NCBI GenBank assembly: GCA_964016885.1
Contig: OZ024747.1
Location: 31,992,001 to 32,056,000, forward strand
Origin: Eledone cirrhosa
Taxonomy: Eukaryota
Reading direction: 5' to 3'
Length of the DNA stretch: 64,000 bases
Notes under the pieces: model-generated
What the model saw: only the letters and a program-made list of their open reading frames with translations
Told to the model about the DNA's origin: nothing
The model's database searches: none
Position numbers and translations under genes: made by a program
In this document: positions 14,499-25,975 of the stretch, one piece after another
Layout of the letters: each line of letters opens with the position of its first letter
Position numbering within the stretch: position 1 is the first letter of the stretch

Positions 14499-14714
14499 AT
14501 AGAAAAATGTTCAAAACCCCGACGGCAGAGCTCAAGCCGTTTCGACGGCTATTTCTGGACACCAGAATATCTGGGGTCCAGAAATAGCTGTCGAGACGGC
14601 TTGAGCTCTGCCGTCGGGGTTTTGAACATTTTCCTATTACCCACTCTACTAACCTAGGTATTGAGTACTCTGATGCGTTATGGTCCATCTGGTTCCTTAC
14701 CACACTTCCTTCGT
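14499..14714 (+). mobile_element. Fold-back pLTR-like module (family GAAACGGC..GAGCTC..GCCGTC)
   Basis: ~65-bp inverted arms centred at ~14567, then a unique tail ending CTTCCTTCGT-(TA)n; sisters at 15490-15672 (+) and 45952-46070 (-). Confidence 0.8.
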
Positions 14715-14858
14715 TATATATATATATATATATATAAATGGAATAGAATGAAACGAAATTTCATTTCTCACTCTTAGTACGGCAGTTACTTAAATGCCGT
14801 TAATATGCATAGGGAAAGTATATACTTTCAGACGTTCAACCATCTGGCAGGAAGGTAT

Positions 14859-14901
14859 ACGATGCTGATGATAGCTAATAAGCTTGAAACTAGTACATCG
14901 T
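14859..14901 (+). ncRNA. Minimal type I hammerhead ribozyme
   Basis: ACGATG-CTGATGA-tAGCT aata AGCTt-GAAAC-TA-GTA-CATCGT; perfect 6-bp stem I, palindromic ACTAGT stem III. Confidence 0.9.
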
Positions 14902-14917
14902 TCCTGTGTCAGTGTTG

Positions 14918-15243
14918 AACAAAAAGGTGACGTGGTTGCCTAAACACTGTACGGCGTAATTCGGGCTGTTTGTTTGTTTACAAACAAACAAACCGAGCAT
15001 TATAATAGATGTTCGGTAAACCGATACGTGCATATATCTATGTGTGCATGTATGTATATATATACATATTACTGTACGTCTGTATACATATATGTATGTA
15101 CGTATACATATATATATATATATATATATAAGTTGAAAATAAAATGAAAACGAAATTTCATTTCTCACTCTTAGTATAGCACTTACTTAAATGTAAGTAT
15201 GTATGTATACGTACATACATATATGTATACAGACGTACAGTAG

Positions 15244-15291
<48 letters not shown>

Positions 15292-15480
15292 CATACAGGT
15301 ACACATACATATATGCACGTATCAGTTTAGCGGACGCTTATTATAACGCCGCTTTGTTCGTTTGTAAACAAACTGAACATACGGTGTTAAGGCAACCACG
15401 TCACCTTTTTGATCAATGCATGCTACTGTACGTCTGTATACATATATGTATGTACGTATACATACATACTTACATATATA
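14918..15480. repeat. Diverged inverted duplication plus direct repeat
   Basis: 14918-15110 is the reverse complement of ~15195-15410 (AAAAAGGTGACGTGGTTGCC / GGCAACCACGTCACCTTTTT); ~15140-15194 directly repeats ~14745-14796. Confidence 0.7.
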
Positions 15481-15489
15481 TATATATAT

Positions 15490-15670
15490 ATAGGAAAAGA
15501 GTTAGGATTCCGACGGCTGAGCTCAAGTCATTTCGACAGCTAGTTCAGAACTAGCTGTCGAAACGGCTGGAGCTCAGCCGTCGAGGTCCTGACTCTTTTC
15601 CTATTACCCATTCTACTACCCATAGTATCAAGTACTCTGGTCCACTTGGTTCCTTACCACACTTCCTTCG

Positions 15671-15672
<2 letters not shown>
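15490..15672 (+). mobile_element. Fold-back pLTR-like module, sister of 14499-14714
   Basis: Arms centred at ~15547; GAAAC-GGCTG gagct CAGCC-GTC hammerhead 3' half at 15560-15582; same tail; (TA)n on both sides. Confidence 0.8.
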
Positions 15673-15738
<66 letters not shown>

Positions 15739-15739
<1 letters not shown>

Positions 15740-15904
15740 TATAAGTTAAAACAATGAAATAAAAAATCAAGTCATTAGAGATATACTTCACTGCTTTACG
15801 ATCGTTTCTAGATACAATGTATTATCACCATCTAGAAACGATCGTAAAGCAGTGAAGTATATCTCTAATGACTTGATTTTTTATTTCATTGTTTTAACTT
15901 ATAT
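15739..15904. repeat. Near-perfect ~75-bp inverted repeat carrying a hammerhead 3' half
   Basis: Arms 15739-15813 / 15830-15904; GAAAC-GATC-GTA at 15835-15846. Confidence 0.9.
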
Positions 15905-16166
15905 CATGACTCTGTTTTTCTTTTAATGTTTTATTGTTTTCTGAGATTTATCTTAACCTACAACATTTTCAACATATCACCAGGTATTGGAAATACAATA
16001 AATGAATGTAATAGGTAAAATCCATGGGCTGAAAATCAAAGACAGGAGGACGACCGACCATCTAGCATCTTCCACTTTAGCCGGTCGCCCTCAAGTGTTG
16101 GCTATTCGGTCTACTTGAGGCCATCTGGTGAGGGGGTAAAGCTTATCTTTCTCTGAGGGGGTAAAG

Positions 16167-16372
16167 CTTATCTTTCTCTCCCTTTCTATTTGACCTCCCG
16201 GTCAAATAGAAAGGGAGAGAAAGATAAGTCAGCGTTAATATCATGCTACACGAAAAAAGACAGAAAGAAGGGGGAAGAAAAGGAAGAAGAAGAAAAGTCA
16301 GCGTTAATGTCGAGCTACAAGAAGAAAGACAGAAAGAAAGAGGAAGAAAAGTCCGTACTGATGTCAAGCTAC
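16167..16372. repeat. Perfect 29-bp fold-back followed by three purine-rich tandem units
   Basis: CTTATCTTTCTCTCCCTTTCTATTTGACC tccc GGTCAAATAGAAAGGGAGAGAAAGATAAG; then AAGTCAGCGTTAATRTC..GCTAC x3. Confidence 0.8.
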
Positions 16373-16774
16373 CGTCAGGCGAGGAATAGCGCGAAAATTT
16401 TTTATTCCAAAGGACCCGTATCTTAACAGAGGTATATATTATAACAGAGGTAAATATAGTGGGGGGTCTGCATGTTATAATGTGTGAGCAGAAGATTGAA
16501 CGTTAATTTATGTTTAGATCTATAGGATGAAGTTACAAAAATTCAATATTTAATATTAACATTATAAAATTTAAGAAATTAGAAAATTGAAAATTAAACA
16601 GTTTAAAATTTTTAAGGTTTTGGTTGCGAGGTTTAAGTAAAGAAAGAGTCTTTTATGAAGAAACTTAAATTGTATTATAGAGTAAAGATTATGTCTTTGT
16701 TTAGCAGTCAAACAGCATGCTGCGACTGCAGGCTCCGTCGGCCCAACCTTACCGCGTGTCAGCCCTTCCGAGTG

Positions 16775-16835
<61 letters not shown>

Positions 16836-17029
16836 AAGATTGAAGAATAACATGGTCAGCTGTACAAAAAGGATTTTATTTACAGTATTAACAATTATTT
16901 CATTGATCAGGTGAGTGTAAAGGTCGCTGATCACTCGAAATTGCGTCACTCGACCTTAAATACAGTGTGTGTCCCTGATCAAATTGGAATACTGGAGGGG
17001 GTAACACATGGCACTGGTATTTATGGGGG

Positions 17030-19286
17030 ACGCTAATAACACAGAAGAATTTACTAGAGAAAAATACGGATACAAATCCTGCAAAAACCCACCGGGTAAT
17101 CCCCAACTTGATGCCTTCGAACTCGACCTCATGAACATGATAAGCTGAACCAAGTTCAAAAAGCGTGCAGGTTACAACAAACTGCAAAACAACATCAATG
17201 CACTGTTGAAAAAATTATGCAACACTAACAGTATTTTAGTAAAAGCGGACAAAACATCGAATGGGCCTTAACACATAAAATAACTTTATATGCTGTGAAC
17301 TACACAAGAAATACAGGAAAACTACCGAATCTACACTCACGGACATTAATAAGGAAGGACTTAGCATAGTAAAAAAAATGAAAATATCTGATAGAACCGA
17401 GCCTCTAACGTCTTGTAAACCCAGATTCAACCTAAAAGATCACAAAAATAATTTCAAAACCGACCTTACAATTAGATTAATATGCCCATCGAAGTCAGAT
17501 ATAGGTAGAATTAGCAAGTTTATACTAGATAGAGTAATAGCACAAATCAAGGACAAACTAGAAATTAAACTATGAGGTAACACTAACGAAGCAATAGACT
17601 GATTCAGCAAAATAGATAGTAGAGAAGCCTCCAACTTCATACAGTTCGATATCAACGACTACTACTCGTCCATCTCTCCAGTCACCCTAGATAAAGCGCT
17701 CGACTTTGCCCAGAAAAACTGAGACCTAACCTCTGATGAAATTAGAATAATACTAGCTGCTAGGAGAACTATCATTAGATTCGATAATAGTTACTGGGAA
17801 CGAAAAAACAGACAGAGTAGCTTCGATATCACAATGGGATCTAGCGACTCGGCTCAGGTAACAGACATAGTTGGAATATATATAGCGCATAACTTATAAG
17901 GAATTTAATAACCTCCAAGGAGGAATTTATAGAGACGACACGCTCCTTTTAGCTAAGAACTTAAATAATCAAAGCATGGAAAAATTACGGAAAAACATCA
18001 GTCTTCTTCAATAGACTAGGCCTAGGTATCACTTTCAAACTTAACTCTAAAAAAGCAAAATTCTTAGATGTAACTCTCAATCTAAACACAGGACTAATGG
18101 AGCCCTTCCATAAAAATAATGAGGATCTAGCCTACATTAGTTATAACTCAAACCACCCTCACTGCATAATTAACTCGGTAGCACATAGTATATCCCTCAG
18201 AATATCCCACCTATCTTCTAATCTAGAAATATTCAATGAACACGCAAACTACTATAACATAGCTTTTCATAAGGCAGGCCACAAGGAGGAGTTCAAATAC
18301 ATACCCGATAGAGACAGCAACTACAAACCTAATGACAACTACACTACCCGCACCTATAGGAATAACAAATATAGAACTAAACATAGAAATAGGCAACTGA
18401 CACACAAGATAGCCGAACCGAACACTAATAAAGGGAGACCCTAGAAACTTCAGAAAACCCAGAGGTAGGAAATATAATATGGTTCAATCCAATCTTCAAC
18501 TCTTTCATAAAAACCAACCTACCTTCTATATTCTTTAAACTAATCGACAAACACTTCCCTAAACTACACAAATACCATAGAATCTTTAACAGAAAAAACT
18601 ATCAAACTCTCTTACTCTACTGCCGCTAACATAGAATCACATACATAAAATCAACTATAAAAGAATCTCTAAGGAATGTAACCTACCAACATAAACCATA
18701 GCACCAAATACAAAATGGAAACACATAACAGCATCACAACCACCCACACGCCATGACACATCACAACAAAACACCAATAAACCTAAATCCCATCCCATCC
18801 CTAACAACATGCAGAACTGCAAAGGGGAATCCTGCACACAGGAAGGCCTCCAAATGTAACTGCCACCTACCAGATAAATGCCCACTGCAGAATAGATGCC
18901 TAGAATCAAATATAGTGTACTTGTGTACTATCAAATCTGGTAACCTAGCATGGCACTACATAGGTTCTACAGCTGGAGATTTCAAAAAAAGATGGTATGT
19001 GCATAGACATCCTATAAAAAACCGCAAACTTGGGAATACAATGACGCTGGTCAATAAGATCTGGCAGCTTAAGGACATCAACCAGCAATATGAGATTAGC
19101 TGGTTGAAGTCATCGAGTGCAAGGGCCTACAAAAATGGAATGCCCCACTGCGGACTATGCAATATGGAGCTGCTCCATATTTCAAAATATAATAAAATGC
19201 TGCTTAACAACAAGTTAGAGTGAACAATCTTCTGTAGGCACAAAGCAACCACCAAATTCTCCAACTTCAAATCACAGCCGGCATGA
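17030..19286 (+). pseudogene. PLE reverse transcriptase / GIY-YIG endonuclease, disrupted
   Basis: LKDHKNNF..IRLICPSKSDIGRISK, QFDINDYYSSI, FDITMGSSDSAQVTDIVG, YRDD, FLDVTLNL, CNCHLPDKCPLQNRC, IVY..YIGST..FKKRW, C..CNME..CRH; stops and frameshifts. Confidence 0.9.
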
Positions 19287-19641
19287 TTCGATCCAGCAAT
19301 CTCGGTATTCAGTCAGAACCAACTGGATTTAAATGTACTAACTTCACACCACTCCACTGTTATTAGCTGTCAACTGATGTATTTCTTTTCATGTTATTGT
19401 TATCATTACTGTCATCACTATTTTACACATCAACTTACTCACCACTATAACTTCAACTACCACAACACTACTACTATTATCAGTAACTGTATTTTTTACT
19501 TTTTTTAAACTTTTTTATCATTTTCATTTTCTTATACTTTATTATTATTTTTTTTATTACCTTTTATTATTGATGTTATTGTTTTCATTCACTTGATTCT
19601 CCAATGTATCTATAAATACCAATGCCATGTGTTACACCCTC

Positions 19642-19754
19642 CAGTATTCTGATGATTTGTACAGACGCACACTGTATTTAAGGTCGAGTGACATAATTTC
19701 GAGTGATCAGCGGCCTTTAGACTCACCTGATCAATGAAACAATTGTTAATACTG
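19642..19754 (+). ncRNA. Hammerhead ribozyme with ~80-nt extended stem II in the PLE pLTR
   Basis: CAGTATT-CTGATGA(19649)-[80 nt]-GAAAC(19736)-AATT-GTT-AATACTG; 7-bp perfect stem I; palindromic ACAATTGT. Confidence 0.8.
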
Positions 19755-19965
19755 TAAATAAAATCCTTTGTGTACAACTGACCATGTTATTCTTCACTCT
19801 TTCACTATTATTACTCCAAAAATAACCTACAAGAGAATTCTCGCAAACTCGCTATCTAACTAAGGAAACCTCTTGTTGAGTCAAACAACGCCGTACGTTA
19901 AAACTATCCATAGTACAGAGTACTCATAACCTCTAACTGGTTACCTAAAACGATAACTTGTTGTC

Positions 19966-20027
<62 letters not shown>

Positions 20028-20204
20028 CTGGAGGTGTTTATGGACTTTATTTTTGCATAAGTAAATTTATCTTTCTTTTTAGATGGATATAGAAACTACC
20101 AGTCAAATGCTGGGGGTTAATTTAATTGACATTATTATCATTATTATTTCATTTATAAATAAATAATAGTACAGAAAAATAATAAAGAAATCATCACCAT
20201 CATA

Positions 20205-20435
20205 AAGGAAGGTGATTTGTAAAACCGTTAGGGTATCAAACTAAATGCCTTATATGGTATTTTTTTCTGACTCTTTTGTATTCTTAGTTCAAATACAGTG
20301 AAGGTCAACTTTACTTTTCAGCCTTACAGGTTCAATAAATTAAACTGACACTCACAAAGAGAAATCAATGTAATCAACATTCCTCTCCTCACAAATTACT
20401 GGCTTTGTGCAAAATTAAAAACCATTATTATTATT
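20205..20435 (+). mobile_element. Degenerate SINE-A
   Basis: TAGTTCAAAT box B, GGTCAACTTTACTTTTCAGCCTT, tail GGCTTTGTGC..ACCATTATTATT. Confidence 0.7.
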
Positions 20436-20439
20436 AAGA

Positions 20440-21318
20440 GCGGCGACGTACTTGGGGAAACTCTAGGCGTCGACGAAAATCAACTAGCCAATCTCTTTGG
20501 AAGAACTTTCGGGCCGTGGTCTATGGACAACTTCCAGAAATCCCTGGCCTGGCAGTGCTACCGAGGAGCTTTGCCAGTTCGGGATAAACTCTACAGGCAT
20601 GGAGGTGCCGTCAGCCGGGCATGTCCGAGATGCGCGCAGGGCGACGAAACCGTCCTGCATGCACTCGTCCAGTGACCGAGCATTGCTGACCTGTGGGTTT
20701 ATGTCGAACACCTGCTGTCGCGTGTAGAACGGATCCGACTATCAGCTGAGTCCATCGTGAGGATTTCCCCGCCCTCTTCCTTTAGCCGGGAAGGGCAGGC
20801 AGTTTTTATCTGTCTGGTGGCCATGGCGAAAGAGATAGTATGGTGGACACGTCTGAAAGGGCTGAAGACGAGCACTTACCTCTTCGGTGATGCCCTGATT
20901 AACTTTTTCCAATTTCATTTGAAAAGGAAAATCAGGGTAGAGAGGGAAGTGCTCTCTTCCCAGCATTTTGTTGAAAGATGGGTGAGAGAGGCAAGAATGG
21001 CCCGAGTGAATGGACCTACTCTGAGTATATACCTGTAAATTGAAGGTGGAAAACTGGGAGAGGACAATTGCCCTGGTGGTCAGGGTCACCGTGGCTTTTT
21101 AATGGGCTTTCTCTACGATGGCCCTCGGAAGTCTCCCCCCACCCCTATTGGGGAATTTTTTCATTGTTCTATTATTACATCTTCTGTTCTTTTGTTTTTT
21201 TACACGCAGAAATGCCCTTTTGTACCGTCCTGTATTGTCCTGCACTGTCCTTAATGTCTACTTTATGTAAACCCTTGTGGTTAATAAAGAAATCATTATT
21301 ATTATTATTATTATTACT
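20440..21318 (+). mobile_element. 5'-truncated Tx1/L1-clade LINE: ORF2 C-terminal zinc knuckle, 3' UTR and (ATT)n tail
   Basis: Frame of ORF 20757-21038 extends upstream: LAWQCYRGALPVRDKLYRHG..CPRCAQGDETVLHALVQ*PSIADLW (zf-RVT type CCHC; last Cys is TGA at 20673). Confidence 0.8.
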
Positions 21319-21321
21319 ATA

Positions 21322-21414
21322 GGTTGACTTTGCCTTTCATCCTTACGGGGTCGATAAAATAAAGTACCAGTAATGCACTGGGTAATTGCTGGCCTTGTGC
21401 CTAAAGTAGAAACA

Positions 21415-21453
<39 letters not shown>

Positions 21454-22240
21454 GGATTGGCAGAATGGGTAGAGCGTCGGACACCATGCTTTATGGCATA
21501 GAATTATAGTCCTTTACGTTTTGAGTTCTAACCCTGCCAAGGTTAGCTTTGCCTTTCATCCTTATAGGATCGATAAAATAAAGTACAGTCATGCACTGGG
21601 GTCGATTTAATCACCTTTCCCCTCTTCCAAAATTGCTGGCCTTGTGCCAAAAGTAGAAACAATTATTATTAATAAGGGCGGTGGTTTGGCAGTATCGGTA
21701 GAGCGTCAAACACCATGCTTTGCAGCATAGTTATGGCCCTTTGCGTTCTGAGTTCAAATCCGCCGAGGTTAACTTTGTCTTTCATCCTTATGAGGTCGAT
21801 AAAATAAAGTACCAGTAATACACTGAGGTAATCGCTGGCCTTGTGCCGAAAGTAGAAACAATTATTATTAAGGGCAGTAAATTGGCAGTTTATGTAGAGT
21901 GTCGGATACAATGCTTTGTTCAAATCTTGCCAAGTGTATCTTTGCCATTCATCCTTACGGGGTAAATAAATTAAAATATCAGTAATGCACTGAGGTTGAT
22001 TTAATCAACTTCCTCCTCCCCAAAATTGTTGGCTTTGTGCCTAAATCAGAAACCATTCTTATAATCATTATATTAAGGATGATGAACCGAGATTAAATTT
22101 GCCTTTTATCCTTACGGGGTCGATAAAATAAAGTACCAGTAATATACTGGGTAATTGTGCCAAAAGTAGAAACAATTATATTAAGGATGATGAATTGGAA
22201 ATATTTGTAGGGCATCAGACACAATGCTATATGGCATATA
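21322..22240 (+). mobile_element. Head-to-tail array of 5-6 SINE-A copies
   Basis: Copies at ~21322, 21453, 21674, 21869, 22075, 22183; most start directly after the previous (ATT)n-type tail. Confidence 0.85.
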
Positions 22241-23309
22241 GTGATGTCACTGCTCATATTTGTTATGAGTTTATTTTATTTATTTATCTGTTTATTTTTG
22301 CTTTCTATTACAGATTATTCTAAGCAGGCAGACAACACCTATTGTCCTGTTGTTGGAAAACAAGGAAGAAACCCTGACTCAGAAACTGCTGAAGAAGAGA
22401 GCAACACATTAAGATATCTATAGAGTGGAGGGATGCCTTGTCTTGTTATTAGCATTAAAGTGGACTATGCTTGACACATATAAGGGGCTAGTGGGTCATG
22501 TTAGACTGACTGATGGATTAGGTCTACCACTCAAAATGATGGAACCAAACTTTCTCTGTACATCTGTAGAGAGAACCCATGTGTTCAGAAGATGGAGAGT
22601 ACCTGTCCACACAAGTCTGATATTGATGATGTTTCTTCATAATGACTTGAGTTTGTCTAGTGTAAGATTTCTGAGCAATGAATTATGTGGGGCAATAAAC
22701 CTAAGTAAAAACTGATAAGGGATTGGAAGCACCTTGTATTTTCTCTTCTTAGGATACAACCTCTGTAGTACCAGGGACAATGAAAACACTCAATTCACAC
22801 TGTAAGTCATATGCAACATCAAAGCTGGTCAGTCTTCTAAGTTGTTTTATATCTAAGTTGATGTGCACCATGACAATCTCCCAAATACATGTCAACCAGA
22901 AAATATTTTTTGTTGTTGTTCTACCAGTGGTTTTCTTGAGTTTAATTTCGTTTCTGATGTTGGTTTTTCGTTTCTGATGAAGACAACATCTTTGGTTCGA
23001 AGTCTGGTTCTTTTTCAAAGAAAAGTAAAATGTAGATGATAAAAAAATTAATATGTAAAAATGTTAAGAACATTCTTCTCCAAATATAATTTACATAATT
23101 AATATGAATGTATGTATGTATGGGCCCATAACGTCTGAGGGCATCATAGGGATGCTGTATTGACATATGGCATTTCTAGGGTATTTTAAAAACCTGGCAG
23201 AGCACATCTCTTCTCTAGGTCTGATTACAACAGATTTCTTCTAGAGAAGGGTAGGGAGTGAGAAAATGGAAGTGAGAAAGAGATACAAGAAGAACTGGGC
23301 CAGTACATG

Positions 23310-23450
23310 ACTGGTACTTTTTTTTATCGACCTTGAATGGATGAAAAGCAAAGTTGACCTTGGCTTGATTTGAACTCAGAAAGTAGAGAGCCAAAACAAA
23401 TAACAAACATTCTATCTGATGTTCTAACGACTCTGCCAATTGACTGCCTT
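23310..23450 (-). mobile_element. Degenerate SINE-A
   Basis: CTGGTACTTT..TATCGACC..GGATGAAAAGCAAAGTTGACCT..GATTTGAACTCAG. Confidence 0.7.
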
Positions 23451-23879
23451 AATATATGAGAATAACCAAGAGAAATTAATTCAAAGTATCCAGTAGTATG
23501 AATGTGTCAAGACTATCTTCAATTATCTTAGTATATGTCAAAATATCTGTTAAGAGGCAGGACTGATAACAATATTGATAGTACCTGCTGTGGTAAAACC
23601 ACACATCAACAGTTGTCATTTGCTTCTGAGAAAAAAGTCCAAATGTTGTCTTCCATTACGACAATTCATTGCAAATTTATTTTTAATTTCTTAAAATTAT
23701 CTCTCTTTATAATTACTTCTAGATTTTTACCTTCCTCCTGAGGGAAATTTTGAATATCAAAGATTTATCATGTAAAGAATTCAGTAAATTCCTTAGACAT
23801 CCTAACCCTCCCTTGCCATGAAAGATGACTATCGTCTTTGCTCTATAATGGATTCATTGATGAATCAATACTGGGTACA

Positions 23880-24720
23880 TGTGGGGATCATCTGAGTCAG
23901 TGGCATGTTCTTTCCTTCATCTTTCTTTCTTCAAGTAATTCTTCCTTATTTCAAAAAATGTGTCTTTCACATAAACTGATCTTAGTCACCTTAACCATTC
24001 TCTTATCTGTTCTTTCCAATTCCCCCATTTGATATTGCAGGAATTTAGGTTTGTTTCAATAGGTTCCTGGAGGGATTTCCTGTCTTTCATTTGTTAATTT
24101 TTCTTTATTAAGTTGTACATAAAAGACTTGATTTGTGATGAAAACTTGGAATGGCTCAGAGAGTTTGCCATTGATGATGGTCTTTGCAGATAAACCATCA
24201 TAAAACCATTATAAAAACATTAAATCAAAGGCTGCAAGAAAGAACTAGATATAATGATGGTGAGCACCATTGAATGTTTTTGAAGGCTCTGATACAGTAG
24301 TTCAGGTTTTTCCAGATATTTCTCTTGCAAATGTTGAATTGAAAACATTATATCAGTCATTTTGTGAGATGTCAAAATTTACATTTTTATTTGGGAGGTT
24401 TGGCCTCTGTGATTGGTCAATATCAATGACAATCTGAGCTAGAAACTTTCCTGCAATAAGCCATAGAGGCATCAAAAGATAATGGTTGCTGTTTGATTTG
24501 TCCTGATTCTCCTTGTAGACACTAACAATAAATATATTTGAAAATGAGAGGGATGACTCCCAGGTCTGTTGCCAGGCTTTGGTACTTGGACTGGAGTGGG
24601 GTGTTTCGAAACATTACTGGGTGGACACTCAAATTATAGGGACTTATTTTAGAATGTTTTTCATAGATGACACTGTTTTCTAAATCTAAAGATGCACCAT
24701 TGAAACATAGGAGGACAGTA
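23880..24720 (-). pseudogene. Highly decayed RTE-clade RT fragment
   Basis: Minus-strand remnants IVSVYKENQDKSNSNHY, IAGKFLAQI, TDIMFSIQHLQEKYLEK, INGKLSEPFQV. Confidence 0.6.
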
Positions 24721-25459
24721 CCATCCTGTGCCTCCTTTCACAACTTTGGTGACAAGCCTGATTACTTCTTGAGTCCAGTCCTTGATGCTAAATCGATGAT
24801 GCTGGTTTTGGAGAAGAATATTTCTAAATAGTTCGGCTGGAATCTTGTCAATGAATCATCATCATTACCATCACTCATGCTTACGTATGTTAGGCAGACT
24901 GTCAGATTAGGAGCCCAGATGAATAAGGTGACCATGTCTTGCTCAAACATTTTTTGGCTTGATTTTCAATGGTTGGATGTCTTTCCTAATATGAACCACT
25001 TGGGTAGACCAGGTGCTTTTTGTCATGGTGCCATTTTGACCACCTTAGATAATGGACTGGGTGCCTTTTGCCATGGTGCTAATATGACCACCTTACAGAT
25101 TCTAGTAGCTTTATTATTCTTCAAGCCTTTGATGATGAGGCAGAGTTTCTCCCCAGTTCCTATCAATAAAAGGAAAACAGAGAACTTCACCTTTATTGAC
25201 AGTCGGGTTGCAATTAGATAAACTTTCAAATTCATCTTTACAATTAGTATAGATGTTGTTAACAATTTTAAGCAAAACAGATCTGTCACAGCTGTGGAGA
25301 AGTCATCAATATCATTGCGGCCACAATTGAACATTCCTGACAAAGTCTCTCCACAATTCATGATTTGCCATTGTTCCTAGTTTACTGAGGTTTGTATCAT
25401 TTTAGAGTTGATCAATGAAGGTCCAAGCAGATCTACTGTGACTTGCATGAGTTGTTTCA

Positions 25460-25975
25460 CATGAATATGAAGCAACAAAAAGGAAAGCTCATTAGAACAA
25501 TTCCCATGAAAATATTGATAGAAAAGGCAAAGAGGGGCAATATTTCGACAGTGGGATAGTGATTGAAGTTGACATGATAAGTTAGGACTAATAATATTGA
25601 TGATACTTCTTCGGATCTTATATAGACTTTCCAGGTGCATAGCGGAAGCACGAGACAAGATGTGGCAACAGTACCCAGCAGAAGAACAAATGGTAGATTT
25701 AAAAATACATAAGATATTTTCACATGTAAAGAAGTTTTTGGCATGATTACAGCAAACCACCTTTCTGGGCAGCAGACTTGGTAATCGATGTGGCATAATC
25801 ATTCCAGCTCAAATCACTGGAAAATGTCAGACCAAGATGTATAGTTTATCTCGGAGGAAAAAGTGATTCTCTACAGTGATTATAAAATAGCTGTTTAATT
25901 TGAGATGCATTAAAGATAAGCCATTTCTTGCCCCAATTAACAGGTTGAAGGCCATATTTAAGATCAGCATTGATG
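25460..25975 (-). pseudogene. Decayed CR1/L2-group LINE ORF2 C-terminal fragment
   Basis: INADL..VNWGKKWLIFNASQIK and LQSLSHCRNIAPLCLFYQYFHGNCSNEL resemble post-RT motifs of this group. Confidence 0.6.

Larger units (their letters stand above)
16829..19967 (+). mobile_element. Penelope-like retroelement (Naiad-like), 5'-truncated with inverted pLTR, inserted in (TA)n
   Basis: 16829-17025 is the reverse complement of ~19612-19808; internal RT+GIY-YIG remnants; hammerhead in the 3' pLTR; (TA)n on both flanks. Confidence 0.9.

Noticed and set aside
15739-15904. Palindromes as pure sequencing or assembly chimeras
   Set aside because: Most palindromes have diverged arms, recur as families at separate loci and match PLE pLTR logic; only the near-perfect ones still need read-level confirmation
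20673-20675. TGA at the last Cys of the LINE zinc knuckle as possible selenocysteine
   Set aside because: Single truncated copy, no SECIS recognised; an ordinary nonsense mutation is more parsimonious
21674-21770. tRNA gene calls at SINE heads (also 30681, 53596)
   Set aside because: A/B boxes are present but there is no complete cloverleaf; they are multi-copy with SINE bodies and tails
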